Assembly (NCBI RefSeq): GCF_000143415.4 | Contig: NW_003314289.1 | Location: 752,292-816,291, forward strand | Direction of reading: 5' to 3' | Source of the DNA: Selaginella moellendorffii | Taxonomy: Eukaryota; Plantae; Lycopodiophyta | Length of the DNA: 64,000 nt | Shown here: one piece after another, positions 34,270 through 47,087 of the stretch | Layout of the letters: each line of letters opens with the position of its first letter | How positions within the stretch are numbered: the stretch's first letter is position 1 | Translations under genes and position numbers: made by a program | Notes under the pieces: generated by a model | Told to the model about the DNA's origin: nothing | The model's input: the letters and a program-made list of their open reading frames with translations, nothing else | Databases searched by the model: none

Positions 34270-37200
34270 ATGGCACTAGGGAACGGTGTTTTGGGTGTTC
34301 TCAAGGAAGAGAAGAATAAGTGGGAGAGGAGAGCTCCGCTCACGCCGACGCTCTGTGGAAGGCTGCTGCGAAGTGGAGCCGTGGAGAGAATCATCGTCCA
34401 GCCATGCAGCAAGCGGATTCACAGAGACTACGAGTATGAGGACGCTGGCTGCGAGGTCTCTGAGGACTTATCTCAATGTGGTCTTATTCTCGGGGTCAAG
34501 CAACCCAAGGTCTGTGTGTTGGATTCTTTCGTTTTTCATTGTTGCTTGCTTTTCTCTGTCTTGCAGCTTGGGACTCTGCTGGAAGACAGGGCTTATGGAT
34601 TTTTTTCTCACACCCACAAAGCACAGCCTCAAAACATGCCTCTACTGGACGAGGTGAGCGAGAAAACTAGCTTGGTTATTCAATCTGGCTATCCATTTCT
34701 CGTGGTCAGGTGCTTGGAAAGCGTGTTTTACTCTACGATTATGAGCTTATTGTCGACGATCATGGTAAACGACTTGTTGCATTTGGGGAGTACGCTGGAA
34801 GAGCCGGAATGATTGATTTTTTTCGGGGTCTTGGTGAAAGTAAGCCGTTTGATTTTGTGCTGCTTACAGAAGATTGATGCTGGAATTTTGTAGGACTTTT
34901 GAGCCTCGGGTACTCAACGCCGTTTGTTTCGCTGGGGTCCTCGTATATGTACATGTCATTGAGTGCGGCTAAAGCTGCAGTGCTCATGGTCGGGGATGCC
35001 ATTTCAAGCAGTGGTCTTCCGCAGGAATTGTGTCCGCTGGTGTTTGTATTTACCGGTTCTGGAAATGGTAAGACTTTTCTTTGTGTACATGTTAACAGAT
35101 TTTTCGTTCTTTTTGCCAGTTTCACGAGGTGCTCAGGAGATTTTGAATCTTCTTCCGCATGAGTATGTGCACCCTTCTCAACTTAAGGTTTGGTGAACAG
35201 TTGTGTTAGGAAAAAAACTATTACCGCTCATCTGTGTGTCTGTGTCATAAGGATCTGTCAAACCGACGGATAAGCAACCGAAAAGTTTATGCTTCTGTAG
35301 TTACTGCGGAGCATATGGTGATACCGAACAACCCCGGGAAACAGTTTAACAAGGTCAGTTTTCAAGTGCGTATTCTGTTGCTAAATTTTAAGTTGCAGGC
35401 TGATTACTATGCACATCCCGAGGATTACCATTCAACATTCCACGAGACAATAGCCTCATTTGCGTCTGTGATTGGTAATATTTTCTAGAAAAACCTAGAA
35501 ACGTCAATTCTGGTACTTTTATCTTCATCATTTTGCAGTGAATTGTATGTACTGGGAGCATCGATATCCGCAGCTTCTTACCAACAATCAGTTGCAAGAC
35601 ATGTTTGATAAGCATGCTTCAAAATGTAGGCTATTGGGAGTCTGTGACATAACTTGCGACGTTGAAGGTTCAATCGAGTGCCTTAAATCAACGACGTGCA
35701 TCGAGCAACCATATTTCAGGTACATGTTTTTAAAAAAAAAAAAAAATTGACGTGATTTACTTTCTCCTTGGATCGCAGATACAATCCTGTTACACGTTCG
35801 CATCACACGGACCTGGATGGTGAGGGATTACTATTCTTGGCTGTCGACATTCTTCCCACTGAATTTGCAAAAGAGGTACACAGGTCTTCACGTGTTTTTA
35901 GATTGTTATTATAATCATGCAACAGGCCACCGCGCATTTTGGGAATGTGTTGCAACCTTTTATCAGCACAATGGCACGGTGTAAGAATCCCATGGAGGCC
36001 GTATCGCCGCTGAGACGAGCATGCATTGCTCACAGTGGCCACCTTAGCCAATTGTTCGACTACATTCAGCGTATTAGAAATTCTGAAGCTCGGTAAGTTT
36101 TCTTACTTTTTTCTCAATGTCGCTGTTTCACTTTTAAGTGATCATGCAGGCTGATGAACGGCACAAGCACATTCACAACGAAGGTAAAAAGCATGACTTA
36201 AGAAAATCTAAACAGATGTTTTCTAAAACCAGGTGTCACTTAGTGGTCATCTGTTTGACAAGTTTCTGATAAACGAAGCTTTGGACGTGATTGAAGCAGC
36301 TGGAGGCAAATTCCAAATTGCGACGTGCCAGATTGGTCAAACGTGTGATGCCATTTCTTATGCAGAGATTGAAGTACGTATGCTTTTTCTTCTGTGAATA
36401 TACAAGATTTTTGCATTCCAGGTTGCAGCAGAATCAGAAGAGAACTTAAGCCGCATTGTGGACGCTTTATCTACGATGGCAACGCGTTCTACAGGAGAGA
36501 ATCATTGTTCTGAAAAAGCTTCAGTTGTTTCAGAATATAGGAACATTCTTATTCTCGGAGCCGGGAGAATGTGTGAGCCTACATTGATGTACCTCACTGA
36601 AAATGCGTTCGAGGACTACGCTGATACGTCAAAGCCGCCCAAGCAAGTTTTTGTTCACGTTGGATCGTTGTATCTTGAAGACGCATCCAAGGTATGCTTG
36701 TCAAGAAGGGAATATATCTTTCCAACTTCTTATTTTCTAATGTATCAGGTGGTTGAGGGTGTCGAAAACGCTCTAGCAATACAGATTGACGTAATGGATG
36801 AGCAACAGCTAGAGAGTCAAGTACAAAAGGTTTTTCCCGGTTTTCATCTTTTTACCTTCCAATGAAATAATCATATTGCTTTTCCTCCAGGTTGAAGTTG
36901 TGATCAGTTTACTGCCTCCAAGTTTCCACGAGAGAGTCGCGGTTGCCTGCATTGAAGTAAACTGTTCTTCTCTTTTCTTTTATCCATTTTCACTAATCTT
37001 TCTATTCTAGTTAAAAAAGCACCTGGTGACAGCAAGCTATGTAAGCAAAGATATGGCTCTTCTTGATTCAAGAGCTCAAGCGGCAGGAGTGACATTACTT
37101 TGCGAGATGGGGTTGGATCCAGGAATCGGTTCGTATGACGACTTGTGTCTTGTTTTCTAAATGCTTCTTTTGTTTGTCTAGACCACATGATGGCAATGAA

Positions 37201-38553
37201 AATGATAGATGCATCTCATGAAAGAGGAGGCAAAGTTCGCGTGTTTGAATCGTACTGTGGGGGGCTTCCATCACCTGAAGCTGCCAATAATCCTTTAGCA
37301 TACAAGTTCAGGTACTTCAATGTGTCATCTTTTTTGTCTGCCTCACAAGGAGATATGTCTTGTAGCTGGAACCCGACCGGAGCTATCAAGGCAGGAAGGA
37401 ATGCTGCTATCTACAAGCACGAAAACAAAATCATCAGAGTCCCCGGTGAGTTCCCTTTCTCCCGGCGCTTTTCTTTTGACGAGTAGCTTTTCTTTCAGGC
37501 GAACGTCTTTTCGGCGCTGCTGTTTCATTTAGAATTCCGCAGTACCCAGCTTATGCTCTGGAAGTGCTACCGAACAGGGACTCCTTAATGTATGGCGACT
37601 TGTATGGCATCACCCAGGAAGCTGCGACAATTTTCAGAGGGACTTTACGCTATGAAGGTGAACAGCGTTATTTCTATTTGAACATTTGTCACTTTCGGCC
37701 TTTGTAGGATTTGGTCAGATAATGGACACTTTGGGGAAGCTAGGATATTACAATTCTGACAATCATCCGCTCTTGGCTTCTTCAACGGAAACTACATATG
37801 CTGCAGTTCTCGAAGCATTGATTCTGCAACTGTCAACCAGTTACAATGGTTTATGTGCGGAGGAGCTTGCTCGTATCATCTCCTCGGACAACTTAGATGT
37901 GGCGAAGCGCGTGCTAAGCTGCATAAGGTTGCATATGCTACTCTATCTTAACAACATAATGTAAGTACTAATGCTGATATTTACAGGTTTCTGGGGTTGG
38001 ACTCCCAAGAAATAGTTCCAAGGTCATGCAAATCAGCTTTCGAGGTTCTCTGCTCGCGAATGGAAGAAAAACTTGTCTTCCGTGCTAATGAACAGGTATT
38101 TGTATACCAGTTGTTGTTTTGGTTGAACCTTTGTTTTTAATCTTATGCAGGATCTAGTTCTTTTGCATCATGAACTGGAGGTAGTGTACGAAGACTCGAG
38201 ATCAGCTGAAAGACACTCGGCAACTTTAGTTGCTGTTGGAGAGAGTTGTAATCAGCTTAAAAACGAGTCACGTAGGCCGCATTCTGCAATGGCTCGAACA
38301 GTTGGTCTCACGGTAGCCATAGGTGCCGAGGTAAAGTTGAGGCTAGCAACGTCTCTCTCTAACAGGCTCGCTTTGCAGCTTCTGTTTACTGGCAGACTGA
38401 AGTCCAGGGGAGTCATTCGTCCACTTCAACCAGAAGTCTATGTTCCAGGTATGTCTTACGATTTTGTCCAGACAAACTAGAGCCTAACACAAGGATGAAG
38501 GTTTGGAGATTCTAGGAAAGCTTGGTCTGGGAGTTGTAGAAAACGTCGTTTGA
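34270..38553 (+). CDS. LKR/SDH: Bifunctional lysine-ketoglutarate reductase / saccharopine dehydrogenase (many exons)
   Basis: NKWERRAPLTP, FFSHTHKAQ, NCMYWEHRYP, DITCDVEGSIE, ILILGAGRMC, SYCGGLPSPEAANNPLAYKF, SAMARTVG. Confidence 0.95.
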
Positions 38554-38655
38554 AACGAGCAGGTGGTATTATTTTAACTTCTCACGCTTTCTGATACGTA
38601 TCTGATCCAGGAATCGCTGGGTGTTGGCAAAAACAATAGAGTGAGGTATGTGTGC

Positions 38656-40375
38656 CTATCTTGCTCTCTGTGTCAGGATTTTGACTCCCACATACCTGCA
38701 TAGATACAGTATCTTATCTCACCATAAATCCAAAGCATTCTCACCTTCCGAGCATCAAAATCGTAGCTTGCGGAATTGTTCCCGGCGAGTATTTGAACGT
38801 AGAGCCATCCACCACTCTGAGTCCTTTAATTCCCAGAACTCTATAGTCCGAGTCCACAACCTGGTTAACTAAGCAGCCACCGTGGTAGTGCCATATGGTC
38901 GTCAAGCGTTCTCTGCAATAGTTGGCTATGGTGGTGTTTATGGTAGCGGCAAAAGCTGGATTTCTCCTGTTAGGTGCTCCAACAGTCCCTCCCGATGGTA
39001 GAGTCTGGTTATCATAGACAAAAGGCCTGAAAGAGTTTGCGAGTATTACCTCCTCGATCGTGTTCACCCCTGCAATGCAAGTTTGCAAGTCTCGAGGGTC
39101 TTGGAAGTAGTTGAAAGTTACTAACGGATTGTCTCGTACGTTTTTGGATTGCAGAACGAGCGTCCCGGAAGACAAAGGCCCTGCGACTTTCTCAATTATG
39201 TTCCCGGCTCGAGCTCCTGGCACTCCCGTCACGGCAACACCGCAGGCAGCTTCGATAAAATTCCCGAACGGTGCAGTGATCCCCACGACTTGCGCGAGTG
39301 CCGACTCCACTGGCGAAGGTGAGACTATGTTTACGAGGGCTGCTGGATTGTCACTGACTTGCTTTCCAACTCCAGGCAAGTTGTAAACTACCTTGATCCC
39401 CATTGCCGTCACAGCTGGTTTGCTGGCCCAACTCCACTCAACAAAAGTAACTGTGGACTTCCTAGTGTACCTGCGCATAGAATCACTTCGCCCTGGAGAT
39501 TTTTCAGCAAGGTGGTCCGTGTTCTCCCGAGAGGATCGCTGTACTTGACTCCATAACTTCGATCTCCTGCCAAGAGAAAATCCCCAGATCATCTTGCCAG
39601 AGGTACGTGTTTGAAACTTTACCACTGAAGAGAATGAGCTCGACTTGTGCATGCAGCAGGATGTCGAGGTTGCGCGGATTGGCATAAACGAGTAAATTTG
39701 AAGCCGGCCTCCGGGTTCCCTGGTCATCAAAGATCGTTCCTCCGGTCTGGGTCCCGACTTGGAAGTCGTAACTGGCACCGTTGTCAGGAGTGACTCCGGC
39801 CTTGATGAGTGATCTTCGAAAGGCAGCTTGATACGGCCCGAGACGAGGAACCGACGTTACAACTTGCTCGACCCATCGGAAAGAAGCGTTGGCCAAGCTT
39901 CCATCAAGGCCGAGATCGCTGATAACTTGGGGGCTGGCTCGGTTGTAGAAGCCGATGTTGATGGAAGTTCCACCGCCCAGGACTCGTGCTCGAGCGTTTG
40001 GAACGCCTTCGGTGGAGACGAATCCCTGGACAGGCGTGTCGCTGCCTTGGTTCAAGTAATTCACGATGAAGTTGTCCCGGAGGGTCACGTTTGGGTTCCC
40101 ATAAGGCGAGCCTCCTCTCTCGAGCAAAAGGACTCTAAATTTTTGGGAGAGCGTTGCTGCTAGCGGACACCCTGCGGTGCCACCTCCGACGACAATATAA
40201 TCATAGAGCTGTGGATGGAATTTTGAATCTGTAGCTTCATGCATGGGTGGAAGATTCTGTGCTGAAAATCCGAAAAAGAAAGCAAAATAAGAGTTAGTGA
40301 AACAAAAAGTTCTTTTCCCTTACTTTTGCATGCACTAAGAAGACAAGAAGCTAGGATCAAAGCCAGGAACGCCAT
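38656..40375 (-). pseudogene. GMC oxidoreductase (HOTHEAD / mandelonitrile-lyase-like), apparently frameshifted
   Basis: Signal peptide; YDYIVVGGGTAGCPLAATLS, RARVLGGG, TIWHYHGGC, LRVVDGSTF. The frame breaks at GVGPANQL* (~39410) and resumes shifted by 2 nt as TAMGIKVV. Confidence 0.8.
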
Positions 40376-41640
40376 TTGTTTCTTTTGTCTTTGTTTTTTC
40401 AGTGTTAGCATTGTATTTGATCTATCTCCTGTGCAAGTTGGCTACAACGTCAACAAAATGTTGGTAGAAATCCGATTATTTTATTGCTTTATTTGTCTTA
40501 ACTTTTTCTTCATTTTTCCTCCTACTGGTTTAGTGTGTTCTGATCTCCATGGAAACAAATATCATTTAGCAAGACTGTGACTCAAGAATGAACTTGAAAC
40601 ACATTGTAAGAAAAACAATAAAAAACAAAAAGAAAAACTTACAAATTTATAAATAAAATCCTCAAAATCTTGTTCCTTGCCTAAGTGTGTTGAAGGTATT
40701 TCACTAGAAGCTTAGTTTATCTCTCTTACTCTTGATTGGAGCATGAAAAATATACAATGAGAGAAATAGGATCCTAGGAAACTCACTTAGAACACCTTAC
40801 ATAACACACTTATAATATTTTTGCTATAAACATCCAAGCCATCATCTCCTCTTGTTTACTCTACTCAGATTCTATAGTTTTCATAGCAAAGGTAGCAGTA
40901 AGAAGATTTGCATGCTTCCATATCTACATATCTTAGTCAATTGGTAAATGGCCTAAGCCTGAGTCTAACTTGTGATTGATTCCTAAGCCTGAAAGTATTT
41001 CTAGATTAAATATAAAATTAAATAATAATATACTAATAACTAAAGTAAATTAAAAACATTTAAACTAAAAGAAACAGTAATTTTAAATTGTTCTATGCTA
41101 AGTACATATATTATCATCCAAAGAATTAAAAAATTGAATTTATAAAGTTATCTGAATAGTGTTTGAAATCAATTTTATTGACTCCATACTAAATCAAACT
41201 AGAAAATCATCATAGCACTCAAAACCAGCTCAAATTACCACTCATCAATATATCTATGAATTATGATCAATCTCATGTCAATATCTATAATGAAATTACC
41301 CACACTACTAGTATCTTTATGTATCTTTATGGAACTATACTAGCTTCATCTAAATAGAATGCCAATCATAATTGTATAGAAAAAACCTAAATATATATAT
41401 TAATATCATTCAAATTTCTTTATAATGTCAAATTTAATATTTATATTTTAAACTTAAAATTCTTTAAGTTAAAAATTACATGAACATTAGAGTAAACTTT
41501 ATAGAGGGGCTAATATTAGCAGTGGTAGTTTTCTATCCTTTTTCTAGATAATGTGAAAGTGAATATTCTCCAAATTATTGTTTAACTCCACTTTATAATT
41601 GAAAAAATAAGCTATTTAATTAATTATAAAATATAAAGTT

Positions 41641-44600
41641 TGTGAGTAATATGTATATTCAATTAGTCAAAAAAACCTTAACTTATATATAAGAGTGAAT
41701 AGTCTTCAATCCAATTACTACCAAAACTCCATTACACAATGGCATCATAATCATACATCTAAACCTTAGATCATCCCCTCCTTTTAGGAGGATTGAAGGT
41801 AGTTAAGGTTCTTATGTTGATGAGCCAAAATCTAGGGAAACATCAAGAGACACTAGTGGATTTATAAGTGGTACAATTTCTTCTTAATCTTTTTTTATGA
41901 AGTGTTTTAGTCATTTCACATACACAATTTCTAGAGGATTAGTCTATTAAATGTCATATTAAATCTTACAAACTTGCAGTCTAACTTACTAAACACTTGA
42001 TATAATCCCTTCCATTAAGCAAATGACACTTTAAACAAACTATATATAGTAAGATTGGGAAAATGAACTAATATAAAGTTATCCCCTTTATAATCTAGAA
42101 GTGGAAGTGGATAATGATTAAAGTTTTTAACACCATTGTTGTCTTACTTATACGTGGCTCTAAGTGTTTAGTAGACTCTACTCAAACTAATGAAAGGATA
42201 CTTATCAAATGTTGATCCCAAGAGTTCATTGGTAGTTCATAACAATTGTGAAGGAAACTCAACTCTCATGACTATATAAAAGTTTATATGGTGAGATACT
42301 AAAGAAATTTTGAGTCTCGTGATATAAATATGCTAAAGAAATGGTAAATAACCATTTTAATTCAAATGCTAAAAATTTACATATTTTATGATCATCCCTT
42401 TGAAGGTCTCAATATTATTCCACCAAATCATTTATATGTGGATGATAAGCAATTGTGAAAGTGTGATGTCAAAATGTAAAATGCCTCAGCCATAAATGCA
42501 AGATATTATCCGAAAGAATCTGCTCTAAACAAGAATGCTGGAAAATCACTCAATTAAGTAGGAAGTATCAAATAGTAATGGTAAATACACTAGCAAGAGC
42601 AATAACTTCCACCCAATAAGTCAAGTATTTAGCTAAAAAGGCTCTATCAAATTAAATGCTACCAGCTCAAACAAATAGGGTGCTTATTCTACTTTGAAAA
42701 CATGGAATTTAGAGAATCAATATCATTTTCTAATTCATTTAATTATGCATTTTCAAAGTTAAACTCCAATTGTCCCTCCATAACATAAGCAAGAGTAATA
42801 TAAGCTTTGCATCAAATGCTATACATATACTAAATGATATTATATCACATCTTTGGCCATTACAAAGACATATACAACTTCTTAATTACATAGTGATGTC
42901 CTATGTGCCCACATAAAATAGAGATTAAAGGCACCAATAGTTAAAATGATCATCAGAATCAATAAAGTAAAGAAGGTTGTCCTCAAAACAATATTAAAAA
43001 TGTAAATGGAAAAATGGGATAAGTGGTATAAAATTCTCAAACCCATTACAAATTTTCATAGCATAACCTTTTGAGCATTACAAACTTCATTAAGAGAAGG
43101 TAAATCCATCTCTGCACCTTGTGAATACTAAATATCAAATACAAAAACCATCAATAACTAGATTTCTCATCTAAAAAATTCACTGATGCAAGAATAACAA
43201 CTCCTCAAGAATAAAAGAAAAAAGTAAAGAAAAGAAAGGAAATTATAAAAGAGTGTTAGCATTAGCCATAGAATTCTCTAGATAACAAACAATATTGAAA
43301 TTATATATCTAAAGCTTTAAAGCCTATTAAGTAGTATGACTAACTAAATTCTTCCACTTTAATACTGAAGTAACCACAACATGATTACCCTTTAATAATG
43401 TTTGAGAATCATATAAGTATGCATAAAGCTTCTTAAAACCCCAAATTGTTACTAAACACTCATTCTTTATCTTGCTAGTCATAATATGTGACTAATGTAT
43501 GTAATGAAGTGCTACTAATCAAGTATAATCATGCTCTATTGTATCAAAATGCCTTTGATATTAATATTAAAAGCATCTATATGCAAGATGAAGAGTTGAG
43601 TGTAGTTAAGATATGCCAAAGTTGGAACATAACACTTCTTTAAGATTTACAAATACCCACTTGTAGTTATAATACTAAATAAAAGACAATATTGATGACT
43701 TCAACAATATTTGCAATAGTGTAGTATGATAAATGAGATGATCAATAAAATAACTTAGATATTATGCATCTTTCCAAGAAAGCATTGCATATCATTTACA
43801 CACTTTGAAGTGGGCAACTTAAAAAAAACCACAACTTTATAAGAATAAACTTGCAAACCCTCACAATAAATGTAGTACCCAAGATAATTCATATTCTTGG
43901 ACCCAAACACACACTTTGATCACTTCAAATTCAAAATAACTTCCCATAACTAATCTAACACTTTGATATCTTTTTTAAATAGATCAAGATATCATTAATA
44001 AAGCTAACAGTCATTTTTAGCATATCAAAAAAAACTTTATTTATCATTTATTGAAAAATTGTCAAAGTATTATTCAAACCAAATAACATCATCAATAATT
44101 TATATAAATTAAATGGTAGACAGAAAATGTCTTTGAAATATCTTCTTCAACTATCAGCATGTGTTAGTACCTAAAACAAGATCCAACTTGGTGAACTAAT
44201 AACTTCTCTATAAATGATTTAAAAGATCAATAGTATGAGGAAGAGGGTACACATCCAAAATAATCACATCATTTAACAAATGATAGTCAATGCAAGCTTG
44301 AATACTCTCATCAAACTTTGTCACAAGATAAAATTCACATGCCCAAAAACTTTGAGAATTACATAAATTGAATAGAAACCTTGATAATACAATCATCCCT
44401 AATTAGAATAGGATGATACATTGGAATCTTGGTTCCAAGTGATAGGTCAAAATTGAAGAGATCAATATACTCAAAAACACAATAGAAAATAATCTAGAGA
44501 CATAAGTGATGAAAGTAGATATAAAAACAAAAGGACTAAATGGAATATAGGTAAGAGGAATGGAAGAAATATCAGGGAGTAATAAACAAAAGGAAGAAGC

Positions 44601-45380
44601 TTCAAAGTCATATTTAGCATGATTGGACTACAACTAATCCATATTAAAGATGAAATTACACCTCCACCCATAATAATTGAAGTTTAAGTTTAAAATCACT
44701 CACACTCAAAACTAAGCCCACCTCACCCCACATACACACATGCATATAGTTGTTGTTACCAAAAATGAAAATTAGCTCTACCATATAAGATACAAATTTA
44801 GATAACAATATGTGGCAACAGATTAAGACACATAAGATAAACTTGAACATATATCAACCAATATAGAGAGGATATTGTTGATATCAAAGCCTTTATCCAT
44901 GAAACAAATGATACCAATTGATATATATAGCCATCCTCATAATATGTTTAATAATGAATATCATGGTCATGACCACATCTTCACCTTTATCTATAGGCAA
45001 TTGTGGCATCCACCTCNNNNNNNNNNNNNNNNNNNNNNNNNNNNNNNNNNNNNNNNNNNNNNNNNNNNNNNNNNNNNNNNNNNNNNNNNNNNNNNNNNNN
45101 NNNNNNNNNNNNNNNNGTAAATTATAAGAACAAGAAAGATTTAAACAATGCTAAAGTTAAATTTAAATAAAAAGCAAAATTTAATCACTCTCAAGGACAA
45201 CAAAAAATATTCTTTATCTCCACCAATGTGATTGCATGGAATAAAGAAATATGCGTGTTTGATTAACTCAAAAACCTTATCTTATATACAGAAGTGATTG
45301 GTCTAGATGAAACCAATCTAATGGCTATCAAAATTCCACTACAATAGTAATAGTAAATAAAATTGTAATTATACACTTAA
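41641..45380 (-). mobile_element. Second, more decayed copy of the same Ty3/gypsy family (spans an assembly gap)
   Basis: LTR-like ends at ~41641-41770 and ~45227-45380; same PPT (TCATCCCCTCC) and PBS (ATCTCCACCAA); internal sequence colinear with 3339-8220. Confidence 0.88.
45017..45116. other. Assembly gap (N run)
   Basis: Run of N bases. Confidence 0.99.
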
Positions 45381-46266
45381 AATGTTTTCAATATTTAAAA
45401 ACTTCAAAAATTATATGTAAAAAATATAATTATTATGGATATAATTTAGTTATAATTTAACTATACAAAATGGGAGTGGATATCATTTATTTAAAATTGT
45501 AAGAAAATATAGATATTATAAATTTACAAAATAGTATTATGATTCATTCTGATTAATGTAGAGCCATCAGATTGAAAACCCATATTATCTTTTGATTTAT
45601 TAAAATCATAAGCATTAATAAGCATATACTTAAAAATAAATCATGGTTACCAATGCCTAGGAGTGGCTAAAACCCCTCCAAATATGAGCCAATCTTGACA
45701 TAGTTGTTTACTGTAATTTATTATAATACGATTATTCTATATATCTAATTGTTAAAACCAATTCAAAATTGCTATGTATAATTTTAGAAATGAGTTTCCA
45801 AATAATACTTAAAACCTTCAATAAGAGTCACTAATTAATTTCCTTATTTGGATTCAGTAATTTAGAATTAGAATCTATATATTCCTGAATAATGGGCTAG
45901 CAACTAATTAATAATAACAAAGATCAAGGTAGCTTAGATAGACATTAATTAGAGTCATATAGGCTAGAGAGATATTGTATGACTTTAATATTTTGAGATA
46001 AACTAATTATGGAGGGAAACATAATTTAGAATTCAAAAATATTAAGAATATTCTTTTATTTTCTAATGTTTCTCTAAAATTTAAAACATTTTATTTGTTG
46101 CAAAACTTAAGATAATATTGTCCTTTACTTTTAGCTATTGTATCTATTGCTAGATAAAAATATATCTTCTTTTTTATATTTTGTAACTTTTTTATTGTTT
46201 TCACCATCTAGCCTTTTTGTTTTGTTTTGCTATATAAGAAATCTGTAATGTGATTTTGATTTAACA

Positions 46267-46762
46267 ATGTCACTGGCTATATGTATACTTATTTTGAATC
46301 TTGTCATTTCTCCTTATCTATGTAATACAGCAAGACTATCTATTGAAAAGAATGAATCTAAATCACTTCAGGTAAGTGTTGATATTTATAAAAGAATTAA
46401 AATAAAAAATAAAAAAACTTCATTAATAAAAGGATTTGCCCGGACGGTTTGGAGAGACATGTGACCATATTCATTTGCATATAACTGTAGTTGCAGTAAT
46501 GCTTGTAGGAGAATGTAAATCAAATGGTGGAGGAATTGGTAGTGTACAACTTGATCTTAACAATGGGATTGGAAATGTAAATGGAAAATTAGTCGCAGGA
46601 GGATCAGATTTTATTAAAAGTTGTGATCTTACCACTTTTGGCATTGCTGGAAAAACAACATTACGAGGGAAATGCAAGAATATGCGAGGATATCTTCAAC
46701 CTACTGAAGTGAATTTAAACACTGCAATTATGAATCATGAGGGTGAGATGTTTTTCTCTTAA
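46267..46762 (+). CDS. Secreted cyanovirin-N homolog (CVNH) lectin 1
   Basis: Signal peptide exon, intron 46372-46432, then FGETC...LVGEC...QLDLNNGIGNVNGKL...DFIKSC...VNLNTAIMNHEGEM. Confidence 0.88.
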
Positions 46763-47087
46763 AACTATTTTATATTTTTTTCATTATATTTTTCATGGAT
46801 TTTTTATAGTAAAATAAATGTTACAGTTTTGTCTTGTCATAGCTTTGTCAATTTATATTGTCATGGTTATTTGATTAAAATTTTTAATAGGGAAAATTCT
46901 ATATCTTAATTCTTAGCAACAAAAGTTGATGATTCCAAAGCCAATATATAAGAAAATAAAAATTTTAATTAAAATAAATAGGTAAATATAAAAATTATAA
47001 GAAGAACTTTAATTAGCAATATAAGAAACTTTTTTTGTTCATTTTGATAACTCATTTCTACTATTATAAATAACAACATTAAGGTAA

